A stretch of 52,107 nt of DNA from Octopus bimaculoides (Eukaryota). Shown here in pieces: positions 24,001 to 33,620 of the stretch. Every line of letters starts with the position of its first letter. Position 1 is the stretch's first letter. The position numbers and the translations under genes were made by a program. The DNA is taken from positions 137,486,811 to 137,538,917 of the forward strand of contig NC_068982.1 of NCBI RefSeq assembly GCF_001194135.2, read 5' to 3'. Below the pieces are notes generated by a model. It ran no database searches. It was given only the letters and a program-made list of their open reading frames with translations, and was not told where the DNA came from.

Positions 24001-26164
24001 TCCAACAACTATAAATAATGAATAGTTTGAGTAAATTAGTTTACAACCTGATTTAGCTTCTTCTGAACTTATTCATTTGAGTTCCATTAGACTAAAGAAC
24101 GTGAGGACTTCACAAGTTTGTCGTTCTATTGGTAAAGGATTTATCCGTAAGAAAGTGTTAAAAGCGACAAATAAACTGAAAATCGTTACTGTGAGGTTCT
24201 TCAGTGAAATTGTTTCTCCAAATTTATTCAACCTGTATAGTACAGATATTCTGAATTTAACTTAAATGAGGTTTATGTCAAGAACTAATGAACGATAAGA
24301 TAACAGGTATTTCAAGACTAGAGCAACTACTGATGTACATTTAGTATTCTAAGAAACTGATTAAAATTACCTCAATGCAATGGCTAACTCTAGTTTTAAA
24401 AATAGCAAGGGAAAATGCCAAATTTTAGAGATATGGTATTGCAGTATGTAGTCGTTAACAACTAAGAACGTATGTCAAGGCAACTGCAATCTTTTTCACA
24501 TGCCAAATCAAAAGTACTTTCACCTACTCTCAAAAATGTTGAGTAAATATCTCCTTTTGGAAAAAGCTACTTAATTCTAAAGCTTGTTTCCAATTCTAGT
24601 CGTCTACACTTTTGACAATGTTTAAACGTATCTCATTGGTATCATAGATAGTCCATTTTTACAAATTATGATATGCAGTTATTTCTGAACTGCTTCTCTA
24701 AAGATAAACGTCTCGATGGCGTAATCTTGTTTCCCAAAAATCTTAGATACGTTTAAAGTTTAACGGAATAACATTTTTTTAAAATTTTGTTTTAAGCTAA
24801 GAAAACTGAAGCACCAGCTAAGGTTTCATCAGTGAAGAGAAAACGTGAATAATTTTACAAAATCAAATGTTATGACCTTTCGATTTTAACGAATATGCAG
24901 CTAGTTTTCTATTCCACTTAACAAAAACACAAAATCTCGCAACAGATTTTTTCCCTTAATTACCTTCTTTAATGAATTTTAAAAAAGGTTAAAAGCAACA
25001 ATCACAGGGAAGGATGTATTTTATATATTCAGTCTAGGTTAACTTTCCTAACATTCTGGTCAAACATTGATTTCAAATTCTGGCACAAGACTAGCAATTT
25101 CGGGGAAGTCGATTACGTCGACCTAATGTTCACCTGGTACTCAACGATCCCAAAAGAACGAAAGGCAAAGTCGATCCCGTATGTTAGCTGTACGATGTCT
25201 CGCAGATGCTTTGGAATGCATCATCAGTGATGTTTCTCGTGTTTCAAAGGGAAGTGGAGATAGGGTCTTTCAACATGATATTCACTTCGCCCAGTTGACA
25301 CACCCTAGGTTGATCAAGAGCATAAAAACTCGACGAAATGCTCAGTATTTCATTGGTGTGTTAACGATTCTGCCCGCTCGCGGCCTAATTGTCAAATTAT
25401 CGAAAATATAAATAGTACAGATGTTGCAGTGGCACTAACTAAAATGAAAATTCTATTTGAACAATTTTTTTTTTCAATAATGTGAAATGTTTGAAGATAC
25501 AGCTTATCCATCGTTTTATGGCGCATACAATCTCGATAACGTAAAATATTCTTGCATGTCTTAACGTTGTACATTATGACAATCATCACTCATAGAAGTA
25601 AAATCGCAAATTAACTCTTAAATTTTCCTAATGCAAACATTTTCTATCTCTGAAATTTGAAATACAACAGAAATCCACCTGCATTTTGATGTCTGAACTT
25701 GAAAATGAGATCCAAGCCGTTTCAGTCTTTCTAAATGAAGTTCTCTCGTTGTTATGCAGGATTACTGTTAAAGAAATGTTATTGTAACAGTAACTAAAAT
25801 GAATATTTTTTCCAACAAAAATAATTTTCGCACGTTTCAAACACTCTTCATCAATGATTTTTGTTCATTTTCATTGTATGTCAAACCTACACGAGTGGTG
25901 ATTCATTCCAGAACATTAAATCTTTGTTCTGAGAGCATGTGCTAAGGTACTAAAGAAAAGTTCCGACTGCGCCTGAGGTGCGATGGCTAATACGGTTCCG
26001 GATACACTTACGGACGCAACATCTGACGAGGCTGTTTCCCCACTGCATCTACGGTTGTAGTGGTTAGTTATGCGATTACGATGTCATACCGGCTGTGACA
26101 GCATAATTGAAATTGAGATTCTTCTGTTCTCCAGTCATACATCACTCATGATCTCGTATACAGG

Positions 26165-26222
<58 letters not shown>

Positions 26223-29200
26223 ATTTGACTGTGGCCATACTGGGGCACCGCCTTGACTTATAGTCGAACAAATCGTCCCGGGACTTTTGAAAGCTTCGTA
26301 CTTATTTTATCGATCTTTTTGCCGAACCACTAACTTACGAGGACTTAAACGCACCAATACCGGTTATCAAGCGGTGGTGGACACACGGATACACACACAC
26401 GACAGGCTTTCAATTTCCGTCCACCAAATCTACTCACAAGGCTTTGGTCGACCAGAGACTATAGTCAACACTTGCCCAATATACCACGCAATGGGAATGG
26501 ACATGAAACCATGTGGTTGGGAAGCAAGCTTATCACACAGCCATATGTAAATATACTGCAGAAAGAGTAGAGCTGAGGCTCCCTACACAAAGTAAGTTTT
26601 GCCCTCTTTTTGAAAATGCAATAGTTTGCGTACTCTATAATTTTATTCCTTGATGTTGGACAACTTCAAAATTTTAAACCATCAAATTAAGCATAGCAAT
26701 TTCCCCCTTTTTTTTTCCTACTCACAGCCCTACTTAGGAGTGCTTATCCCACTGCTATGAGAAATACTACAGGAGAGTAAGACCTCATTGAGCAGTATTT
26801 CCTTCAATTTTTTTGCTAAGCGTGGGCTAATTTTCTCTTTACAAAGTATGTGCGCTTCCTTGTTAGCAACCATCTTCAATTAAGAATGTTCGATCGCAAC
26901 TTAAGCTTCGTGTGTGCACATTTCCTTTGCTCTCTAATTATTAAGGTAGTCCATTGCTGTTGACTTTCAACCCATCTAGTCTTAAGCTTGGTTTCGATTT
27001 CTTGTACCTTTAATATGTAGAAACGTAGTGCATCGATTCCTATGTTGATTCCCGTCACCTCCCTTCGTTTCGCGAATCAATAACAAATCCTTATTAAGTT
27101 CTCTCCTACCCTTGAATGTCTCCCTTCGATTCAATTGAAAATAAATATCCCGTTCCACCTGTATTGATCATAGTGTATTGATTATATTGGTTTTATCTTC
27201 TAAAGATTATAGATACCTATAATATTAGTAATTTTAATTTTTAGCCGCTGAATCTTCTTCAAAGACTGCAACAATGAAGAAAAAGAGTAAGTAAAGATCG
27301 ATTTCCTACAAAATCAGATTTAACGTGTCTGAAACCTACTTTTCTGTTCATCGCGTTATTTGAGTCTTATTGGTCAGTTTGTTACTAGGCCGTCAGCAAA
27401 TTCATACGCAGACTCTCAGCCCCTTGACCACCCCTTCTGTTCATATTTCTCACTGGATTTGATTTTAAGTTTCGAACTAACTGTTACTCATAAACAAGTA
27501 TGGCTTAGTAAGATGTTTCACGTTTTTGCTAATTCTTTGAACTGTCTGTTATTGCGAGCAGACATGGGCACCCATTCGATTCTTCTGTACTGACTCTTAA
27601 ATATCAATAACTAGAGCTCTTTTGACCAAAATCTCCTCTTCCTGCAAATGACTGTCCGATTTATTGAAATGTCGAGACAATACTTGTTCTTCCTGAATAA
27701 ATCCTTACATCTAAAGATGAAGTGCAATGATATTCAAATCTTGTCTCTTAAAGATTATAACTGCTGATGTAGTTACATTTGTCTCCAAACAAGAAATAAA
27801 TTTTACGCTACTAAAAATACTGAAAGTCCATCTAAAACAAACAAAAAGAAATATGAGTCGAGATCAATTTGCAGCCAATTTTTCCCCATTAATAATGGAT
27901 TTAAAGCAACAACATCACAAGGTGGGTTATGTTCTATATTGTCTTGTCACTTTGCTTCTCACTTTATCGATATTCTATATAGAACGATTACTGTTCTGAA
28001 GCTACCAAAAATAGAAGGGGTAAAGAAGACTGACCGTCTGAGGCGACACTTTATGCAGGGTAACACTTGTACGTCTACAGTGTAAACCCGTATAGGGTTC
28101 GGGGCTTATCTGTGGCGGCAATCTCAAGGCCTATCCGTGCAGGATTCTTACTACGCTACTAGTTGCAAAGGAAATAGTGATAAGTATCCCAAAGTGAGAA
28201 ACTGCTTTTCCTTACAATCGAAATTTTATTTCTAGATGCTATTTAGGTGATTATTTCTAGATACTGTTTAGATGATTATTTCTAGATACTCAATGTTAGA
28301 TATTTTTGATTTTACCTAAGAATATTTTTCTTTCCAGAATTACTAACAAATGGGAAGACGAAAATGGCTTCTAAATTCACTGAGAGTAATGTTTTTTTTT
28401 TTAATATATATTTAATTTATATTTAGTGGAGTAAGCATAGCAAGCTCTGTATAATCAATTAGAAGCTGGTCTTTTGTTCAATCACAAGTTTTTCTACGAC
28501 ATAAGGTGGGTAGACAAATCGGCAATTGTTTGTGATGGTTTTAGAGACTCTGCACTAATCTTTATGATTCGTTCTATGTTGAAATCCCGCAGAAGTCATT
28601 CCTTCAAGGTTGATAAAATACCCGTCAAGTACTGAGATCGATATAAAGTAGTTAACCCACTCGTCCCACAAATTTCAGATCTCCGGCCTAAAATATCATG
28701 GCAGAACTCAGAGTATCTGTAAAAATTAATTACAGTATACGACCCCATATGTTTTGCGCTCAAACTCTCACCGAAGTAGAGTTTATCGTTTTGAAGCCGA
28801 TAGTACTTATCTAAGACAGGCTACGAACCGCTCTGACACGGCCATCTTGGTCCACTCATTTGGCGTCACTGATTCGACGCTGCCTTATTTGGCATGTATT
28901 GTCACTGGGACATTTTGGCACCGTAAAAACTTACTGCTCTAGTTAACAACTAACTTGTAATCACTTCTAAATTTTCAGCTTCCGGCTCCACATTGTGTAT
29001 GTGATGGCTGGTGAAATAGTAATGAAATGTGGAAAACAGTTTTCTTACAATGGGTTTCTGTAGATCTTTGACAAAGTAGAACCGAGTTAATTTAAATTTC
29101 AACGCTGTGAGCAGAAAAATTAAGGAGAAACAAGATGTATTAGATAACGCCTATTACCACAAACACTTCTCCATCTTTCCTCTTTGTATTTCTGTATGTA

Positions 29201-31121
29201 CGTGTGTCTATTTGCTTCTGTCACTAAAATAAGCCATTACCAAAATAGATTCGGTGTCCACTCAGCCGTACAAAATAGCCAGCGTCAAAATAGCCACACT
29301 AAATCGTTTCATTTGGGAGGTTTGCTTTAAAGGGAAATCTAACGTAAATTCTAACAAAACTTGAATCTTTGCTTTTAATTCGTAATTTTTTTCACATGCT
29401 ATGCCGTGGCACATCAGGAAATAGATTCGAGTCTTTTTGCAAATAAGCCATAGACCAGTGATTCACCTTGTTTGGAAATTATCCGGGTACTTAGTATTGT
29501 TACGCTACAATTGACTAAATATCGATATCTACTATTTTCAGTGATTCCGAGGTGAGTTGTCTCGGCTGGTCTGTGACATTCAGGTGTTCTTTAACACTCG
29601 GCGTCATTTGAAGAGCTTTCCTTGAACGCTATTCCGCAGCAAATTTGACCAAAATACATACTATGTAAGTGCGACCAATAATGTTCACATTACTTGAACG
29701 GCTTTTAATTCGGTACTTAAATTTAATGTTTCAGTTATCAAGAAATACAAATGGCAATGTTATGGTGCATGTCAAAACGAGGCTCCAATGTTTGGTCGTA
29801 TAGAGCGTTTAATTAACAGACCACCAAATACAAGCGAAAAATGGTTTTTGCTCCACGAAAAAAATTGTGGAGGAAGTTTCGTTAGATTCGATTAAATCGG
29901 TAAGTTTAATATTAATGAAACTGAACACTTGTGTGCGTGTGTGTGTGCGTGTGTGTGTGTGTGGGNNNNNNNNNNNNNNNNNNNNNNNNNNNNNNNNNNN
30001 NNNNNNNNNNNNNNNNNNNGGGGGGGGGGGGTGACAAACGACCTACTTTCCATAAGTAGTCGTTTGCAGCTGTTTAACACTAGATCAGTTTTCATTGATC
30101 AAAAGCCTTCCAACCGTGATCGTTCCATCTATTTTAGCTACGGCTACATTATTTTAAATTTTCTAAAACTGGTTGATTTAAAGGAATTTGGGGATCTTTT
30201 TTCGTTTGACGTACAAAGCGATATTTTTGAAAATATCTACATAATGTACTTTTGTATGTTAATTACGAAAATGTTTTTGTAGCAAGCATTCAGGATAGAT
30301 TTCTAGTTTGAGGATCCCTTTTTATCCCCTTCTTCCCACCAGTCTTAGAGACTATGTAACGCGTCATGGGTACTGTCTTTCTTATCTCTAAAAAATGAAG
30401 AAAAAAAATAACTCTTTCTGGTGTTTTATTCGATGGGCGACGCAGCTCGGAGGCCAGGGAGTCTCTCAAAGTCGAGCTGCTGCATCTCCATATTAACAGT
30501 TCGGATATATCGGACACGTGTTCAGAATGTCACAGGAAAGAATCGCAAGACAGATTCTTCAAGCCAAGCCAACCGGCAGCAGAACCTGCGAATGACAAAG
30601 AACGAGATGGTTAGATAATATCCATAGTTCTTGTTGGTCACACTTGAGCATCAAGCCAGAAATCAGTTGCTTCTGATAGGACCATATAGAGGAGGCTCCT
30701 GAAAACTCTATCCCCACATTATCATAAGAATACTGGGCGGGAAAAATTGCTGGATGGGCAGAATTCTAACTTAAAATTGTAATTGCATGCACGCAATTGT
30801 AAACATTTAATGTTGTCTGAGTTACGAAAGTTTGATTTCAATCTTTATCTATTCTTGGAATTTGCTTTCTATACACATAGGGGTAGGAGAGGCTGTGTGG
30901 TAAGTAGCTTGCTTACCAACCACGTGGGACCAGGTTCAGTCCAACTGCGTGGAATCTTGGGCAAGTGTCTCCTACTATAGCCTCGGGCCGACCAAAACCT
31001 TGTGAGTGGATTTGGTAGACGGAAACTGGAAGAAGCCCGTCTCTCTCTCTCTCTTTCTCTCTTTTTCTCTCTCTCTCTCTCTTTCTCTTTCTCTCTCTCT
31101 TTCTCTCTTTATCTCTCTCTA

Positions 31122-31156
<35 letters not shown>

Positions 31157-32153
31157 GTCCCCTCCCCAACATCGCTTGACAACCGATGCTGGTGTGTTTA
31201 TGTCCCCGTAATTTAGCAGTTCGGCAAAAGAGACCGATATATTAAGTACTAGGCTTACAAACAGTAAGTCCTGGGGTCCATTTGCTCGACTAAAGGTGGT
31301 GCTCCAGCATGGCTGTGGTCAAATGACTGAAACAAGTAAAAGAGTATTGATCGAGTGGCATTTTTTTTTTCTTTGATCAGCTGACAGTTGGGGTTGACTT
31401 GGTTGAGACATTTTGGTTACAAGTGGAGGAAAGGAGAATACAGCCAAGTTTTGAGTACTTCTAGCCCCATTTGTGTATGTACGTGTACTAGCGAGGACAT
31501 GAGTGCAAAACAGTGGAAAAGAAAAATAGAATTTAGTTGCATTCATGCTGAAAATTTTTATGTTCATTCCAACTTTCACGTAACAGATCGGATCGGTTAC
31601 GTGAAAGTCAATCCCGCCACTGGCTTCTTTTTCTCTGTATAACTATGTTACTCATTTGAGGACCAATAATTCAGTCAGACAAATTTTTCTCCATGTTTAA
31701 AATTATTTGAAAGGTTTTTTTTTTTTCTTCCAGGTTTCACATTTCACCCATTTTCGTTTTTCTGAATTGAAACCTCAAATTTCAACATCCGTTAAAGACT
31801 CGCGCAATTGGCTTTAAAACACAATGCTTTTAGATTTGTGAAATCTAAAATTTTCTAAAATGTCATTATTGGCTTTTAAAGAACTTTTTGTTTTGCTTTT
31901 TTCGTTTTAACAATATTTCTTGTTTTGCATCTAGTTTATGATCTGCTTGTTTTAAAATAGATAAACGTAACTCTTTATATAGAAATATCGCTGCCATAAT
32001 TTATTCTTGACGGGAAATTTGGTACGTTTTGGATATCTTGTCTTCTGTGGAGATGAAGAACAGTTTTTGGTTTTTTAAATTTTGTTTTACAGTATCGTAC
32101 TGTTTTTATTTTTTCCAGTTTCATCTGTACAGAAACTAATGTTTTTTCGCTGA
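2464..32153 (+). CDS. Multi-exon gene model: divergent SprT-like/Spartan-family metalloprotease with a long low-complexity C-terminal region (span of predicted exons; 5' exon uncertain)
   Basis: Three homology-supported exons (2464-2572, 3517-3558, 5506-5580) are followed by about 17 candidate GT-AG mini-exons, mostly phase 1-1, and a candidate last exon with AATAAA. That all downstream exons belong to one transcript is inferred. Confidence 0.55.
3062..3300 (+). mobile_element. SINE family A, diverged
   Basis: Shares ccagccttgtcacattctg...cacgtgtctgtagagtgct..agcca.ttgcac.ttaatttca with the 5939 copy; preceded by (GT)n. Confidence 0.7.
3517..3558 (+). CDS. SPRTN: SprT-domain catalytic exon: HEMIHAYLWVTDNH (HExxH)
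   Basis: Acceptor tttttcag|, donor CAT|gtaagt, 42 nt, phase 0-0. Nearly identical to SPRTN HEMIHAYLFVTNND. Confidence 0.92.
4718..4870 (+). mobile_element. SINE family B
   Basis: gtcgactttgcctttcatcctttcggggtcgataaattaagtaccagtt...ggggtcgatctaatcgact...ccttgtgcctagagtagaaaag. Confidence 0.85.
5506..5580 (+). CDS. SPRTN: SprT-domain exon: EQLEHGPKFHAEMKRIEKESGMKLE (third Zn ligand His)
   Basis: Acceptor ttctttgcag|, donor GAG|gtgatt, 75 nt, phase 0-0. Matches SPRTN GHGPEFCKHMHRINSLTG. Confidence 0.9.
5939..6311 (+). mobile_element. Full-length tRNA-derived SINE, family A
   Basis: tRNA-like head with A box (TGGCCCAGTGG) and B box (GGTTTCGATTC), a body shared with 3062 and 32943, and an (AAC)n tail. 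Confidence 0.85.
6652..6930 (+). mobile_element. tRNA-derived SINE, family E
   Basis: TGGTTTAGTGG / GAGTTCGATTCC boxes followed by tgttcttgagcaaaaacacttcatttcacgttgct; related - strand copy at about 33505-33620. Confidence 0.75.
7091..7107 (+). CDS. Candidate micro-exon KLVHK(T)
   Basis: tttctctatcgaatttag|...AC|gtgagt; 17 nt, phase 0 to 2. No homology support. Confidence 0.33.
7344..7926. other. Assembly gap (N) inside the SprT-like gene
   Basis: Run of N. Other gaps: 13034-13043, 15015-15024, 16951-17433, 29966-30019, 35502-35848, 42940-43135, 44192-44314. Confidence 1.
7981..8163 (+). repeat. Interspersed ~185-bp repeat (unclassified)
   Basis: Reverse complement of 10578-10767. Confidence 0.85.
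9097..9132 (+). CDS. Candidate exon (STPENAEIKPS if phase 2)
   Basis: ctttgtcag|...CAG|gtattc; 36 nt, symmetric. Frame ambiguous. Confidence 0.4.
9680..9880 (-). mobile_element. SINE family B
   Basis: gatcgaccccagtacgcaactggtacttaatttatcgacctcgaaaggatgaaaagtaaagtcga...ctcgccgcct. Confidence 0.85.
10146..10194 (+). CDS. Candidate exon, frame unresolved (LHRIKNPSRQLLLGSV if phase 0 to 1)
   Basis: ttttccttcag|...TCG|gtaact; all three frames are open. Confidence 0.42.
10304..11039 (+). repeat. ~270-bp direct duplication (10304-10573 and 10771-11039) flanking a 190-bp repeat
   Basis: Both copies run aagtgtacacagacc...ctgagatcaaatcctgtaaagatcaattttgcttgtcattctct...catggtgccttgtgt with scattered substitutions. 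Confidence 0.92.
10578..10767 (-). repeat. Interspersed ~190-bp repeat (unclassified)
   Basis: Inverted copy of 7981-8163. Confidence 0.85.
11240..11385. mobile_element. Fold-back MITE-like palindrome
   Basis: Arms 11240-11294 and 11328-11385 are imperfect reverse complements (tggtttttaacggt...aagtagat...ctata.acagcgc) with TA at both ends. Confidence 0.7.
11480..11610 (+). mobile_element. Penelope-like element terminal fragment
   Basis: gaagagcgtaggctcaaaacgtcagacttt...tacaccacctgtcttcgtc; homologous to 40930-41075 (-) and 44100-44191 (+). The PLE assignment rests on the hammerhead-like core. Confidence 0.55.
11952..12020 (+). CDS. Exon (E)FNPRIEGELREFISKTWKIPEE
   Basis: tttttttctgtag|...GAAG|gtattt; 69 nt, phase 1-1, open frame with a protein-like amphipathic pattern. 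Confidence 0.65.
13418..13626. mobile_element. Possible piggyBac-type MITE
   Basis: Bounded by TTAA-CCCT and AGGG-TTAA; only an 8-bp terminal match. Confidence 0.3.
14794..14864 (+). CDS. Exon (D)LYNIIKSIFGQSSKVKQAENGFQ
   Basis: T-tract ...gcgttag|...CAG|gtgaga; phase 1 to 0; continues the previous exon in frame. Confidence 0.58.
16306..16413 (+). CDS. Exon (x)MKKPASPPGSDFSSDNSDLTLSPSWGSNFDFFGSS
   Basis: ctcttaaag|...CAG|gttagt; 108 nt, phase 1-1, open Ser-rich frame. Confidence 0.62.
16494..16812 (-). mobile_element. SINE family C
   Basis: ttgattgcggccatgttggagcaccgcc...ggtctcttttgccgaaccgct...ccgtctaccaaatccactc.caaggct.tggtcggcccgaggcta.agtagaagacacttgcccaa. Confidence 0.85.
16814..18015. 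repeat. Compound (CT)n/(CTTT)/(CTGT) microsatellite interrupted by an assembly gap (16951-17433)
   Basis: Directly visible polypyrimidine repeat. Confidence 0.97.
18931..18954 (+). CDS. Micro-exon (D)FSTDEEP
   Basis: tttttttgtttcag|...CCAG|gtgagc; 24 nt, phase 1-1, strong splice sites. Confidence 0.6.
19848..19895 (+). CDS. Exon (D)KFASNEKTKMKVPKA
   Basis: tttctaaactag|...GCCG|gttagt; 48 nt, phase 1-1. Confidence 0.62.
20421..20453 (+). CDS. Cassette exon A1 (A)KSVTPLMENK
   Basis: cttccag|...AAAA|gtgagt; 33 nt, phase 1-1. Confidence 0.65.
20835..20873 (+). CDS. Cassette exon A2 (T)PVKSVTPLKENR
   Basis: aatcacag|...CGAT|gtaagt; 39 nt, phase 1-1. Confidence 0.7.
21212..21265 (+). CDS. Cassette exon A3 (S)PKTTARVKPVTLPKENR
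   Basis: ttcattttag|...AGAT|gtaagt; 54 nt, phase 1-1. Confidence 0.7.
21622..21660 (+). CDS. Cassette exon A4 (S)QGKSVTPPKENR
   Basis: The homologous upstream AG is lost (ttat); next AG is cctcag|; donor CGAT|gtaagt; 39 nt, phase 1-1. Confidence 0.6.
21983..22027 (+). CDS. Cassette exon A5 (S)PKTSSPVRLSKENR
   Basis: ttctttttag|...CGAT|gtaagt; 45 nt, phase 1-1. Confidence 0.7.
22979..23038 (+). CDS. Diverged cassette-related exon (S)TKVTATRTKSVPPPPTKNK
   Basis: ccgtttttag|...AAAA|gtaaaa; 60 nt, phase 1-1; shares KSV.P...NK with exon A1. Confidence 0.62.
23290..23822 (+). mobile_element. HERO-like (RLE-endonuclease) non-LTR retrotransposon 3' fragment, degenerate
   Basis: Frameshifted translation VDLVEQL..TNTL....FS..TKQMIAL / YQELVQQCRNQGWQAGCEAIVVGCRGF / SFCK......GATKRAI...AAKMASWGL*VKKG resembles HERO C-termini. 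The 3' UTR tgatcaacccgg...ctgggcga....atgttgaaagaccc...catcacagatgatg also fits. Confidence 0.75.
24797..24844 (+). CDS. Exon (T)KKTEAPAKVSSVKRK
   Basis: ttttgttttaag|...AAAC|gtgaat; 48 nt, phase 1-1. Confidence 0.58.
25079..25178 (-). mobile_element. SINE family B fragment
   Basis: gtcgattacgtcgacc...ctggtact..cgatcccaaaagaacgaaaggcaaagtcga. Confidence 0.65.
25194..25318 (-). mobile_element. HERO-like 3' UTR fragment
   Basis: Reverse complement of 23698-23822 with few mismatches. Confidence 0.8.
26168..26219. repeat. (TA)n microsatellite
   Basis: Directly visible. Confidence 0.95.
26220..26543 (-). mobile_element. SINE family C
   Basis: Homologous throughout to 33111-33470. Confidence 0.85.
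26562..26591 (+). CDS. Candidate exon (x)RVELRLPTQ
   Basis: atactgcag|...CAAA|gtaagt; 30 nt, phase 1-1; weak pyrimidine tract (a SINE lies just upstream). Confidence 0.33.
26728..26776 (+). CDS. Candidate exon (x)LLRSAYPTAMRNTTG
   Basis: Strong acceptor ttttttcctactcacag| and donor GA|gtaaga, but phase 1 to 2 does not fit the next candidate exon. Confidence 0.3.
27245..27286 (+). CDS. Exon (x)AESSSKTATMKKK
   Basis: taatttttag|...AAGA|gtaagt; 42 nt; only the phase-1 frame is open. Confidence 0.62.
28338..28385 (+). CDS. Exon (x)LLTNGKTKMASKFTE
   Basis: tttttctttccag|...GAGA|gtaatg; 48 nt, phase 1-1; NGKTKM resembles NEKTKM of exon 19848. Confidence 0.58.
30891..31346 (+). mobile_element. 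Full-length SINE family C with internal (CT)n microsatellite
   Basis: tRNA-like head (ggctgtgtggtaag..., ggttcagtcc), CORE-like cttgggcaagtgtct, an internal simple repeat that varies between copies, and tail ctccagcatggc...caaatgactgaaacaagtaaaagag. Confidence 0.88.
32119..32153 (+). CDS. Candidate terminal exon (x)SSVQKLMFFR-stop
   Basis: tttttattttttccag|, phase 1, TGA at 32151-32153, AATAAA about 50 nt downstream. Confidence 0.33.
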
Positions 32154-32203
32154 CGTCATCTGAATGATGTCTTATTGTTTTTATATTTGTTTTATACTTC
32201 TAC

Positions 32204-32209
32204 AATAAA
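32204..32209 (+). promoter_or_regulatory. Candidate polyadenylation signal
   Basis: AATAAA downstream of the candidate last exon; the hexamer is common in AT-rich DNA. Confidence 0.25.
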
Positions 32210-32942
32210 ATGCACTTTTATCTGAAATCTCACAAAAATGTATTAAATGCTGATTGAAAATATTAAACCAAAACATCTCAAGCATCGTGTTAGGTCTTTT
32301 ACTTTTTATATTTAACAAGTTTACTCTACAAATGATTAACTAACCTAGATACTAGCTGGTTGGTTGATCAATCATTTTCACCGGTTCACTGATTGAATTA
32401 ATATCGATTTAGACTAAGCCGAGCCAAATATGGCGTACTTGTCACTAGGACAGATGTAGTGAAGTCTATCGTGGATCTATGCCTAAAGTAGTAACCCACA
32501 CTTCTCTACGAAGTACACTAACAACTGGTAATGCCGTTTCGAATGTTTACACCTCTAGGGTGACTCAAACTCTTTTCTCTACTATGTGGTATCGAACCAT
32601 CTTCTGTCACCTCAAACTGCCAGCTTTGATGTGAGGTGGGTGTGGGGGCAATACTGCTCTCAGCAAAATGAATAAGATAAGAACTTTGTTTCATGCATTG
32701 TGAATTCGACTTAAACATCGAACCAATTAAAACAAGTGAAGATAATGGTACTTCTAATTCAAGCAGCACTCGTGTTGGCGAAATAAGACGAAGTGAGACC
32801 TATAGTGAAAAGGTCTTTTTTATTTGATGTTTTAAGTCCTTGTGTTCTAAAAAAATTAGAAGGTAAAACCATTCATAACAAACACAAAACTTAATTCCTC
32901 TTTGCATTTCCGTATATATAGTTGCATTATTTAGTCTATAGA

Positions 32943-33110
32943 CTGACACTCCGTCGGTTACGAGGGTTCCAGTTGATCCAATCAACGGAACAACCTGCTC
33001 GTGAAATTAACGTGCAAATGGCTGAGCAATCTGCAAACTCGTGTACCTTTAATATAGATCTTAGGGAGATTCATTGTGATACAAAGTGACAAGGCCGGCC
33101 GTTTGAATTA
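32943..33110 (-). mobile_element. SINE family A, 3' half
   Basis: cactccgtcggttacgagggttccagttgatcc.atcaacggaaca.cctgctcgtgaaattaacgtgcaa is the reverse complement of the 5939 copy tail. Confidence 0.85.
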
Positions 33111-33470
33111 CTCTTTTACTTGTTTTAGTCATTTGACTGCGGCCATGCCGGAGCACCGCCTTTAGTAGAGCAAATCGACCTCGGGACTTATTCTTTGTAA
33201 GCCTAGTACTTATTCTATCGGTCTCTTTTGCCGAACCGCTACGTTACGGGGACATAAACACACCAGCATCGGTTGTCAGGCGATGTTAGGGACGCGCACG
33301 TACACGTATATATATATATGGCGGGTTTCTTTCAGTTTCCAAATACCAAATCCACTCGCAAGGCTTTGGCCGGCCCGAGGCTATAGAAGAAAACACTTGC
33401 CCAAGGTGCCACGCAGTGGGACTGAACCCGGAACCATGTGGTTGGTAAGCAAGCTACTTACCACACAGCC
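33111..33470 (-). mobile_element. Full-length SINE family C (CpG-intact)
   Basis: Reverse complement of the 30891 copy. Confidence 0.9.
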
Positions 33471-33504
33471 ACTCCGGCGCCTGTAGATACAGCTTCTTTT
33501 TGTC

Positions 33505-33620
33505 AACTCATTGCGCTGGAGTAACGTGAAATAGTCTTACACAAGGCTACAACATGCTCCCGGGAATCGAACTCCCGGCTTTAGGATCATGAACCGAATG
33601 CCCTAAGCTACGCACCTTCG
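33505..33620 (-). mobile_element. SINE family E head
   Basis: ctggagtaacgtgaaat...cacaaggctacaaca...gggaatcgaactc...acgcaccttc. Confidence 0.6.

Noticed and set aside
25689-25787. MSELENEIQAVSVFL resembling a BTG/Tob N-terminus
   Set aside because: Stops after 32 codons with no further similarity.
32119-32153. QKLMFF as a PCNA-interacting (PIP) box
   Set aside because: Spacing does not fit Q-x-x-(I/L/M)-x-x-F-F.
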